64,000 nucleotides of DNA, taken from assembly GCA_013265495.1 (NCBI GenBank), contig MU058000.1:2418001-2482000 (forward strand), written 5' to 3'. Under the pieces are notes generated by a model, which was not told the DNA's origin, ran no database searches, and saw only the letters and a list, made by a program, of their open reading frames with translations. The DNA is from Vicugna vicugna (Eukaryota). This document shows, piece by piece, positions 27,166 through 38,609 of the stretch (position 1 is the first letter of the stretch; every line of letters starts with the position of its first letter). Position numbers and translations under genes: made by a program.

Positions 27166-28845
27166 TTCAAGATAGGCATTATCACTCTCATTTTTAAACA
27201 AGGAAATTGAGGTTGATTATGTAAGTGATTAACCCAATGCCAAACAGAAATCAGAAAGCTGAAGCTTAAATAAAATCTCTTTACTCTTTCTATTATCGAT
27301 TCCTGATTGCAATGGCAATTACATCTGTATAAACATCTAGAACCAAATACATTCCTGGTGTATCAGTCATATACAGCATTAGCTCAAAGGTAATACAAAA
27401 TGAAAATTAAAAAAAATAAAAAAAATTAGTGAGAAATTAAGTAAATAATTTTACTTGTAGTAAAAAATTTACTTGTAGTATAATTAGTTGATAGTCATAT
27501 TTCATGCATTGTCTTAGGGAAATCATACAGCCAAATATACAGCTGGGTTCACATTAGAATGAAGTATGTTATTGTTGCAATTCCTGTGAATATGTAAATT
27601 TTAGATTTCTAAATATGACTTTTTTCCAGATCAACAGACAGTGGATACTCACATTTAAGACAACTTCAAATGAAACATTTTAACTTGACTCTCAACACTG
27701 CCACTCCTCCAGCATTTTCTTCATAAGTGAGATCATTTCCCCCATCCATCTGGTCTGGTCCTCCTGTGCGGACTGCTCCTGTTCATTTTCCTTCTCTCCT
27801 GACCACTCCTACTCCTCTGCATACATTTATTTAATTCAGCCAAAATTTGGCTTACTTAACCTCCTAAATATTGCTTACATTTTCTAATACTTCTCCATTC
27901 TTCCTGCAATTCTCAAAAATAAACGCACCTTTCATTGCGTACCTGGAATATTCCAATTGTTTCCTTCTTGTCTCCTGTCGTAGTTTCTTTTCATTGCCTT
28001 CTCCAAACTACTGCCAATGTGATAGTGATCTTCTTGAAATGCAGATATGACTCTTCCATTTTTGCAAGTATCACAGAGAAGAGGAAGGCTGGCATACTTG
28101 CAATTGTAAAGCAATTACAATCACGCCATCAGCTCCACAGGGATGGCAGCTCCATGAGTTCTTACCTTGTACCAAGCATTGACCCAGAAACTCATTCCAA
28201 ATGAGGCTATTCTTATCCTAGTTTTACACATATTGGTATTTATTGAGGATCACTAATTTGCCCAAGATAATTAATAATACAGATTCAAGGAAAACCTCAA
28301 CTTCCAAATTCACATTTTTCCATTTCTACCAAAGCATTATGTGTTTAAGCCACAATAAATCTTTTTATATCCTTAAGAATCAGGCCTTTCACATGTTGTT
28401 TCTCTATCTGGGGTGTCAGATAGAGCATTCAGTGGAAAATCCCTACTGTTTTTCAATAACTGGATAGAACAACACCTCCCTATGGGAGGTGTTCCCAAGA
28501 TGAAAAAAAAAAATAATTAAAACCATTTCTAATAAGAGTTATACCATTTGATAATTTATTAGATTCTCAGAACTCATAAATTTTAAAGTTGCTTATTTAA
28601 TACTCTTTGACATAAAGATGATTATTATCCTTAAGTGTATACCCATGAATGCTAAGAGGCAGAGTCTGAGTTGACCAAAATCACAAAGCTAGATTACTTA
28701 GTGTTGCCTTTGATTCCAGCTATGTTTTTGTAACTTGCATGATTTTTGTGAAGGTTAATGAGCTAGTCTATGTGAAAGAATGTATCAGAGTGACAAATAA
28801 CACACGTTCCATACATATTCATTTTTTCTAATATGCTGTATTGTA

Positions 28846-28902
28846 TGGATAGATGATAGATGATTTAGGTAGACAGATAAGTAGACAGATAGGTAGATAG
28901 AT
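28846..28902. repeat. Degenerate (GATA/GGTA)n repeat
   Basis: Read directly from the sequence. Confidence 0.75.
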
Positions 28903-30299
28903 GTGTTCCTGCTAAATTATGAATCTTATACCATCTATAGAGATTTTCTATTTTTAATTCTATATCAGTATCTATATATAACATTTAGTACAGAATCTGG
29001 GACATAGAATATTTTTTTCTTCCAAACATGTTTGTTAAAATATGTCTCTTGTTCCTCTAAAGCAGTTTTAATGTTCTGCAAAAATTTGAAAAGAAACATA
29101 GTATCTTCTTGATTTTTATATATTTTGTTCAAAATTATGAGTATGTGTTGGAGATTTTTTCAAGATACTTTCACTAATCAGGCACTGATTTTAATAAGCA
29201 ACATCAAAATAAATATGTTGAATTTATAACAGCTATCAGGATGCCATGCATAGTATTTCTACAAAAGACTAACTTCATTGAGTAAATGAATGTATCAGTT
29301 AAATAAAAGAAACCTTTCATAATAGATTCTGAGTGCCAGACAACTCAGTAGTTGTATGATTAAAATTCTCAGGGTCAGCAAGCAAATACTTTTTTTAGAC
29401 TTAGGACAAGGGCGTTGGAAGGGATTGTGTATTCACGCAGCATATGATGGATAAGAGCAGGTATGAAGACATCCATATGAGAGAGATTTATATCACAAAA
29501 TCCTCCGTAATGTTGAGAGCGGCTCTGAGGCTGCTCCTCTTTTCTTCCCACTCTCACTACCAACAGGGGGAAAAAAAAGTAATGTTTTACCTCAGGCTCC
29601 TAAAATAACTAACTTTAGAAGTATTTTTTTCTATTTTAAATTATTTAAGACACCTTTTACCTTTTTTTCCGGTTTGCAAACAGAAGAAGGCAGTAACCAT
29701 TTTTTGCAATGTTTCCTTTTATACAATTTCAAAGCTTCAGGTCTTACAGGAAGGAGAGCTGAATCTGCCAGCATAAATTCAAGCCCCCCTCCCCGCCCCC
29801 TCCTTATTCCAGTGTAATTCCTATTGCTGGCAATACATACAGCCTTTAAGATGTGGTGACTTAATGTATGCACCAGGTGTTCCTAAATTCAAATTATACC
29901 TGGATAACAGTGTTCCTTGACTATAGTAATGAGTCTACTTACCAACCCAAAGACCAGGGTAGTGGGGCTTCCCACTGGATCCTGTAGAGCCCTGTTCTTG
30001 ACTTTTAATGATGTGCAGCACATTTTGCAAACATGTTTTTAAAAGGTTTTTTTTTAACTTTTGTTTTTCTTATCAGATGATAGCACTCATCAGAAGAGGA
30101 ACATTTTTGAATCAACTTTTGGTAGATGACCAATATTCAGCATCCTGCTTTGAAAATACTTGGTAATCACAATTTTGTTGAAAGAATATTTTCATGAATG
30201 GATGGATGAATGGTTGATGCAGTGTTTTTTCTAGTTCTATCCATGTGGTTATCTTATGCTTCCAAGTAAGTAATATTTGCAGAAAAGGGTTATTTCTAG

Positions 30300-30515
30300 A
30301 GGTAGCATATTGTAGTATGCAAGATCATGGATTGTGGATCCACATTACCTGGATTCATAGCCCATTTCTACCTTGAAAAACTTACTTATTTGTGCATCAG
30401 CTTTCTCACCTATATAATAGGAGTTTTGTAAGTATCAGGTGTAAAAAAATACCTGCAGTACATAGAACCGTATCTTGTAAGTAGAATGCAATGGACAAAC
30501 ATTTTCCATTGTTAT
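30300..30515 (+). mobile_element. MIR SINE
   Basis: cctggattcatagccc…gtgcatcagctttctcacctatataatagg. Confidence 0.55.
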
Positions 30516-31057
30516 AGGAGTGTCTCATGGCATCATTAAAGGAGATAGGTTAGCTATAGTCTCATTGACAAATCAGATTCTCGCCAGAAGAAAGAAAATT
30601 ATAAACCTTATCCCAGAGGGGCATTGGTAATGTGGAAAATAGCAAAATTCACTAGATTGTGTAGCAAATAGATATTTGGTATATACAGAAGGAATTGATA
30701 CATATGATACTGTAATTCGAATTTTACATCTGAAAACAACAGAAAGACAAAAGAAAACTTTTTTTAAGAAAGTTAACATGGTTGGGTTAAGTCACCTCTC
30801 CTAATGCTCAAAAATATGACTTAGAAGAAGCAAATCTGAAATATTGACACAAATGGTAATAAGAAGAAACATGAAAATTTGACACTCAAATTTGTGAAAT
30901 GACTGTACATTTAAGAGTTACAGGTTATGTTAAAGTTGACAAGTACTGACATATGATAAACTTTCAATGATTTTCAATGAAATGAGCAAAATGCACTTAT
31001 CCTTGAAGTTCAAAAGTGCAAAAACACTTTTTAGCACTGGCATTTCATTCAAGGAGG

Positions 31058-31548
31058 TATGGGGGAAGGCCTGAAATTAAAAGGCAACATTAAGTAAGTG
31101 CTTCTTTGGCAACTTCCAGCTTCACAGGCCAAACCACAAGTTTCTCTGCTTTCACCAGACATGCCCCCACCCAGAGGCAAAGACTCTCCTCTCAGCTTGC
31201 TCCCCTATCCACTGGACCAGGTACTGAAGCTCACTTCCCTGCCAGTCTGCAGAATTATTCAAACAACCCAATCATATCCTCTCGTGGAAACTGGGAGTCA
31301 TCCAACCTCTTGTTACTGCAAAGCCTGCCTCCCGGAGCCCTTGCACGGTCACTCTGTCCCCAAGTGCCATATCCAGTGCCCTTGAATGAATTACAGTGCT
31401 CTTCTCCCCCAGGCTGTGAGCTCATATGACTGAGTAACTGCTACCAGTCTCATCTGTCCAGTGGCAGGTGCCTGTGTTTAGGCATCTCTGGAAGCCTAGG
31501 GTGGGACTTAATGCCTCACCAATGCATGAAGAGGAGGCGAATAAAACA
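31058..31548 (+). mobile_element. ERVL LTR (MER73/MER74/LTR53-like)
   Basis: GC-richer island with agaattattcaaacaacccaatcatatcc and terminal gaggaggcgaataaaaca. Confidence 0.6.
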
Positions 31549-31729
31549 GAAACTTATTTTTGAATGTGTTTCATTGTTTCATTCACTAATTTAATGTTGC
31601 TATTATTATTATAAAAAGTGGAACCCTCCTCTTACTCCATAATTTTCTTCATTCATTAATCAGTGAGGGTTTTTTCTCCCCAGATTTTTGCTATTACCAA
31701 ATAATGAAGAAACAAACACCCGTATGCAC

Positions 31730-32290
31730 TGTGTTAGTTTTCTATTACTGTCTGTCAAATGATCGCAGACTTAGTAGCTTCAAACAGCTCCGACTAATGC
31801 ATTCACAGTCCTGGAGGTCAGAATCCACTGCATGGCTGGATTCCCTGCTCAGGGTCTCACCAGGCTGAAAGCAACACAGTGGCTAGGAAATCAACACGGA
31901 GGCTAGGCACTGTTCTCGCCTGAAGTCCGGGTCCTCTCTCAAGGTTGCTGGTTGTTGACAGAGTTTATTCTGTTCAATCAGTACCAAGATCCTTATTTAT
32001 ATGCCAGCTGCCGCTGGGGGACCCTCTCTCCTAGAGACCTCCCTCAGTTCCTTGCCATGAGACTCCCACAGGCAGTTCACAGTTTGATACTTGCCTTCTT
32101 CCAGGCCAGCCAAAACATGGCTCTCAGACTTAACTTTCTGCCCATCCAGAAAAATCTCTCTGCTTATAAAGGAATCCTGTGATTACATTAGGCCCATTCA
32201 GAATATCCCCCTGCCTTAAGGTCAACTGTATTAGTCAGGGTTCTCCACGTATATGACTTATTATAGTGTATTGGCTCGCATGATTATGCA
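31730..32290 (-). mobile_element. MLT1 LTR abutting a short MLT2-like fragment (32225-32290)
   Basis: tgtgttagttttctattactg…cttagtagcttcaaacag…ttaaggtcaac, then tgtattagtcagggttctcca. Confidence 0.65.
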
Positions 32291-34506
32291 ACTTCTTGGC
32301 AGGCTTCATTCTGTTCATGAGCAAAATGGGGATATTGATATCTGCTCTGACTTTTTTCAGAGTTGTTTTGAAGTTCTAACACACTGTAGTTTTTAAACAC
32401 ATTCTGTACTGTGCTTAGCACACTGTAAAAATGCTACTGCTTATGAAAGTATTACTTCCTTAGTGGTAACCCTTAAGTTATACTCTGTTGTAAGCACTTC
32501 AGAGAAATGTTTGCATTTCGTCTTCACCCTATCCTATTGCAACCATTTTACATATGAGGAAACTGGACCACAAATGGATTCAAAATTTAAAACCAGCCAT
32601 GGTAACTCCAGAGGCCACGTGACAAACAGCTTTCCAATTTACCATAATGTAAAGTTCGCATTTGAATTCACTTTTGTCATATTTTTCTAATGTCTTTTTC
32701 ACTTCTCATTCACAGCCCATTCTCTAACAAGTATCACACCAAAATTTTGATTTTTGACTCTAATCCCTTAAAAATTTACCACTTACTTTTTTCTTAGCTG
32801 AAATCTTGCTCTTTAGTTTTCATCAAACTCTGTTTTCTCCTTGATCTTTTCTGTTTTTACATGATGCTTTTTCTTTCTGCTCTCCTATGTATATCTGCAG
32901 AAAAAAAAAATGTGATGAGAGCTATGCTTTTTTTGCTTATGTGGTTTTTTTGTTTGTTCGTTTGTTTTTGGAAACATTATTTTATGTGGAAAGTGCCACA
33001 GATGTCATGCTCTTTTAAGGAAAAATAAAGCAGAATACACATTTAATGCTTTAAACTACTGGCTCCCAATTTCTAACACATCAAAGCATTTAATAGCATG
33101 TGAGACACATCCTTAGATGTCGAGCAAGTAAATTATGAGAAATGCTGAGTCTTTATCCTCAGTGAATAAAAATTGTGTTCAGCTTTGGGTTTTAGTTGTG
33201 TTTGGGCTCCATTTAATTTGCTTTCGATAGATTTATTGGAAGAAAGGGGAATATTTGACTATTTTAGTGACCCAGTTGTAATTTGAAATTTGTTTTCTTT
33301 ATTTTAACATGAATGGGAATTTTAAATAATTATCAGACTGCTGGCATGAACCATGTATTGTTATTTCTGAAATTGAACAGAAATGATGGTGCTGAAAGTC
33401 TTTTTAAATTTGTCTACTGGTTTCCATCCTCAAGGGTACCTGATTGAAAATGCCTCTGTAACATTTCCTTGTACCACTTGTGCAACTTGAAATCGAAATG
33501 GCTAAAGAAACTGCCTAGTTACCTAAGTAGTTTCAGGAAAGCAGTGCAAGATTAAACAAAAAAATGGAATTCCAATTAAGAATTGACTATTTTGGATATA
33601 TTGCAGGGAAATTTGGGGTATGGGAAGACATTAAATGCATGTGTTTTTTTTCTTTTTGAATTCTCTTCCAATGGTAGTAAAATTGACCAAGTAGCGTACA
33701 GTATTTCTATATGGTATAATATGAAATATTAGCTGGTCATGGGTATAAGAAATTGAATTATAATTTGTTTTACAGTGATTATGAGACTGGGACAAAAAGA
33801 TGTACTTAGAATTATTTATTATGCACTTCTATTAAGTAATGTTTACCATTGTGAAAAACTCTCTTGACAAGAGAACTGGGTTTTCTTTCTCCTTCTTTCT
33901 GTTTCCTAATCCCTTTCTGTGGCTTTCTGCTTAAGCTTCCACAGAGACACAAAATACAAAACGTTCTCTAGTACTTCTAGGTTTTCACAAAATATAGTTT
34001 CTTATAATCAAGGAACCTTAATATTTGAAAAAAATTGAGATCTATGACAAAAAATATTAGAACAGAAATAGGTATTCCTGATGAAGTCACAAGACTGTAT
34101 GACTTCTTTTATCAAAGCATAATTATGAAAGCATGTTTAAAAACTTCAGAAAACTTTTAAAATGAAAAGCTCCATGTCATTTTGGTTTAAAAAATGAGAG
34201 TATGGATCATGAATTACAATCAAATATTTGTTTTCTTCTCATATGAGATAATTTGGGAAAAGAAAATTCACAAGTCTCAAGAATTGTAAAAGATTATGTG
34301 ACAAGATAATACTAGCTTTTAATAGTTTAGAATCTCTGTAGGTTTAATTTCATGGTGACAATTTTGAATTTCTAAGGAAATCACCATAAGCTTTTCTCAT
34401 AGTTTCAATGCTGTTGTCAAACCAAGTATCATTCATGGAAAGGCAGTATATTCTGGTCTAATTATATCTTACATATATGAAAAGCCAACTGAAATATTTA
34501 AGTGAA

Positions 34507-35195
34507 TTTTATTTTTTCCAAAATTATTGAGGTATAATAGTCAAATACAATTATATACAGTGTTTAACATCCACTTACATTGTGTATTGTGAAGTGATTG
34601 CCACAAGCAAGCTAATTAACGTATCTGCCATCTCACATAGAATTTCTTTTTTTTTGGTATCTGGTGAGAACACTTAAGATCTACTCTCTTAGCAAATCTT
34701 AAGTATAAAAATCTGAATAGTAATTTTTCCAAAGCACATTAACAAATGGCCACTAGCCATGTGAAAAGATGCTCAACATCACAAGTCATCAGGGAAGTGC
34801 AAACCGATACCACAATGAGACATTACCTCATACCTGCTAGGACTGTTATTTTCAAAAAGACAGGTATAAAAATGCTAGTGAGAATATGGAGAGAGGGGGA
34901 CCTTTACATACTGCTGGTGAGAATGTAAATTAATACAGCCATTACGGGAAAAAATTTTTCTCAAAAAATTAGAAATAGAACTATTCTATCATCCAGCAAT
35001 CCCACTTCTGGGTACATACTCTAAGGAAATGAAAACAGGATCTCAAAGAGGTGTCTGAATCTCCATGTTCACTGCAGCATTGTTCACAATAGCCAAGATA
35101 TGGAGACAACCTAAGGTCTATTGATGGATGAATGGATAAAGAAAATTCTATATATATATATATAGATATTTATATATACACATATATATATATAG

Positions 35196-35230
<35 letters not shown>

Positions 35231-35577
35231 CATATACACACACAATATTTAATAAATATTCAAATATTATTAAACCATAAGAAGAAAGGAAATCCTGCCA
35301 TCTGCAACAACAAAACTGGATGAAACTGGAGAACATTATGCTAAAAGAAAGAAGCCAGGCAAAGGCATGTACTATACAATCTCACTTATACATAGAACCT
35401 AAAAAAATTTTAAACTTACAGAAGCAAGAATAAAATGGTGGTTGCCACGGGCTGAGGGGTGGGGGAAATGTGAAGATGCTGGTCAAAAGGTACAAACTTT
35501 CAGTTAGAAGATGAATGAGTCCTGGAGATCTAATGTACAACATGATGACTATAGTAACTAATATATGTTTTATACTC
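34507..35577 (-). mobile_element. L1MA-type (L1MA9-like) 3' fragment with large 5' inversion
   Basis: 34507-34707 is the antisense terminal 3'UTR. 34708-35577 is sense ORF2 end and 3'UTR (HVKRCSTS…TTMRHYL), stopping where the other piece begins (tatact). Confidence 0.82.
35148..35244. repeat. Compound (TA)n/(CA)n microsatellite inside the L1MA
   Basis: Read directly from the sequence. Confidence 0.9.
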
Positions 35578-36210
35578 AAAATATTTAGTTTTAGATGAAA
35601 ATTGCATACATAAATGATTTCCAGAAATAGCTTTATTTAAAAGATATTTTCAAACAACGATATTTTATGAAGCAATTTTTTTGTGCAATGATTCATCTAT
35701 GATTCATTGATTCATAGACTCAACCAACAGTAGCACCATCTATGATCCAGGTGCTGTGCATTGTGGGACTTAGAGATAAAAGAACCACTTCTCTCCTCCA
35801 GAGATTTATTGTTTTATTGGGTTTGATGGGGAAGTCACTATTTACATTATTACTTTGATATATGTGACTTATATAGCTGAACTATTGATACTACATACAA
35901 ATTCGTAAATATGATTTCCATAATAAAAACAAGTTTTTAATACTTAAGTTACTTTTAAATAGGTAATAGACCTACTTTCTCTCTCTTAGCAACCACACAT
36001 AGTGCAAGCAACATTTTTTTCAATTTTAATGTAATTGGTTAATTTTTATCCTGTATAGAATATTTTCCATATTCAAATTCATTATTTTGAGGTGGGATCC
36101 ATACTCTTCACTATATTTTGTAAAAGGTCTACGGCACAAGAACTGCTGAGAACTCCTGATAGAATGTGAATCAGGAGAAAAGGTAAAACCCTTCAGAAGG
36201 TAATAATATA

Positions 36211-36859
36211 CTAGTTATCACCTAACTGGGGTTTTGCTTTCTTCGATTTCAGTTACAACTGGCAGGTAACTGTCCTTCTTAAAATATTAAATGGAAAGAT
36301 TCCAGAAATTAAGAGTTCATAAGTTTTAAATTGTACACCATTCTACATAGCATAATGGCATGAGAGTTCATGCCCAAGATCCCCAACTATTGACATCAGC
36401 TGCTCCTGATATTCAGCCGTTGACATTGTCATGTTTAGATCATCCAGGATCACCAGAAGCAGATGATCCCCCTTCTGACATAATGTCAGAAGGACAGGTG
36501 TCGTAGCCCAGTGCTACATCACCATGCCTATACAAAATCACCTAATGTCATCTCATCACAGAAGTATTTCAAGATCTTACATCATCACAAGAAGGGTGAG
36601 TATTGAACAATAAGATGTTTTGAAAGAGAAACAAAGCACGTGTTCACATATTTTTTTTTACAGTGCATTGCTGTCATTTTTCTATTTTATTAGTAGTTAT
36701 TGTTGTTGATCTCTTACTTGACCTGGTTGATAAATTCAACCTTACAATAGGTAAGGATGTATAGGAAAAACATAGAATATATAGGGTTTGATCCTACTGG
36801 TGGTTTCACGTTTCTGGAGGTCTTGGACCTTATACTGTGAAGGTAAGTGGGGACTACTG
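36211..36859 (+). mobile_element. MER44-like non-autonomous Tigger (TcMar) DNA transposon
   Basis: Right TIR …gtaagtggggactactg followed by TA, degenerate left TIR after TA at 36209-36210, internal MER44 text (ccaggatcaccagaagcagatgatcc). Confidence 0.8.
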
Positions 36860-36984
36860 TATGTCAAAGAAAGAAGAGTTCTGTGTCAGGCAAAGAAAGT
36901 TGTGCAGAAGGACCATTTTAGGCAACAGCGTTATTCTAAGCATACGTGGCTGAAATATCAAGAAGTTCAAACTACAGTCTACTA

Positions 36985-37880
36985 GGGTGATTTCTTATCC
37001 TTCTTCAACATGTTCACTACTACCATTAAATCATTAATATGTCACATCAAATTTCACCATGAAATATTGTCATGTGCTTATTCTTTTCTTATTTTAATTT
37101 GGGCTTCATCAAGGGAACACATTTAAGAAAAACGATCTCTGTAATATTGATCTTTTTCACCTTTAATAAGTCTTTGTCTAGTATTTTTAGGATGAATTTT
37201 ATACTCTTTAAAAATTGACAAATTTTCTTCATGCACCTCTATGTCAATTGCTAGATTAACTGATGGTTATTTCAATTTCTATTTCTTTGTTACTACGGTA
37301 ATTCTAAAAGTTTTCTTGATTTAGAACTTAATTTTCTAATTGTTAATGCTCGTGTATAACCATGTTAGTTGAACATTGTTTTTATCTTCTGATGAAACTG
37401 CTGTATTGTTATTTGAAGCATTTTAAGAGTTTTAAAAAATCTCATCAATATAAATAGTTATTTTTGTGTACGCTTGTTCCTTTCTAACTTTCATATTTGC
37501 ATACTTTTCTCTTTTTCTTCATTTCTCTTCTCTCTCTTTTGTTTCTTTTCTTAATATGCATTGATTGGGACTCCAATGTAATATTAAGTAGAAGGAGTGA
37601 TAGTAGATATATTAATTTTCTTTGAAGTTAAAGAAAAAAATTTTATAGTATAATTTTATAGAGATTTTTTTGACTTGATGAAGAGACTCTTCTATTACAA
37701 GTTCTCTAAGAGTTGATATAAAATTAATGAGCATTTATCAAAGTCCTTTTCTAAAACTATTAAGATTATAATATGGTTTTTCTCTTTCTCCTTTATTCTT
37801 TTAATCCAGTAGGTTAACTGAATAATTTTTATGCTAATTTTTTTTTATTTCCAAGGAAAATTCTCTCTAATAAAGATCTG
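36985..37880 (-). mobile_element. Very old L1ME-like ORF2 fragment
   Basis: T-rich, with remnants such as gggactccaatgtaatattaagtagaaggagtgatagtag that parallel the antisense ORF2 at 40730-40770. Confidence 0.55.
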
Positions 37881-38300
37881 TTTCAATATGTTCATAAGAG
37901 GTACAGTTACCACATTGGTAGAAAGTGGCGGTAATGCACTTTGAGATTTTTATAAGAAAAAAAAAACACTTTTGGAAACTTTTTAAAAAGATAAGATTAA
38001 AAATATCACAGTTGTTGAATAAAAGCAATCAGACATGTATGGTTATAACATCCAATCTTTCTGGCCCAGCAACTTTGTTTACTTCAGTTAGTCTCAAGGA
38101 CATGGAAGAGAACTTGGGGTAGCCAGTAAGCTAGATTTCCTTTAGTATCTTTCTATCACGTCAGCTCTCTGATGAGAGTTTACAAGAATGAAACTTTTGT
38201 CCGGTGTCTCTTTACCTTATGTTAATCTCCTCCCTTTCACTTATGGGGTGATGTACCAGCTTCAGTAGCTTTTTTCCATGAGGCTATTTTCCAACATTTG

Positions 38301-38593
38301 GGGAAATTGTTGGTGCAGTGGAATTAAAATTTAATACATATAAATTGGTAATGTGTGTGCACTTCGTACACAGAGTGAGTGCTCTGTATGTGGTATGTTA
38401 TATACATATTTTTTAACAGTTGAAATGAAAGTTTCTTTTCTTTTTTTTAGGGAAATTGTTAGTGGAATTAAAATTTAATACATATAAATTGGTAATGTGT
38501 GTGCACTTCGTACACAGAGTGAGTGCTCTGTATGTGGTATGTTATATACATATTTTTTAACAGTTGAAATGAAAGTTTCTTTTCTTTTTTTTA
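38301..38593 (+). repeat. Tandem duplication, 149 bp + 144 bp
   Basis: 38301-38449 and 38450-38593 are identical by eye except that copy 2 lacks ggtgc. Confidence 0.95.
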
Positions 38594-38609
38594 GCTTTGT
38601 TTTTCCATG

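Noticed and set aside
38187..38201. gaatgaaacttttgt as TSD partner of gaatgtgacttttct at 41871
   Set aside because: Three mismatches, no adjacent poly(T), and too diverged for so young an element.
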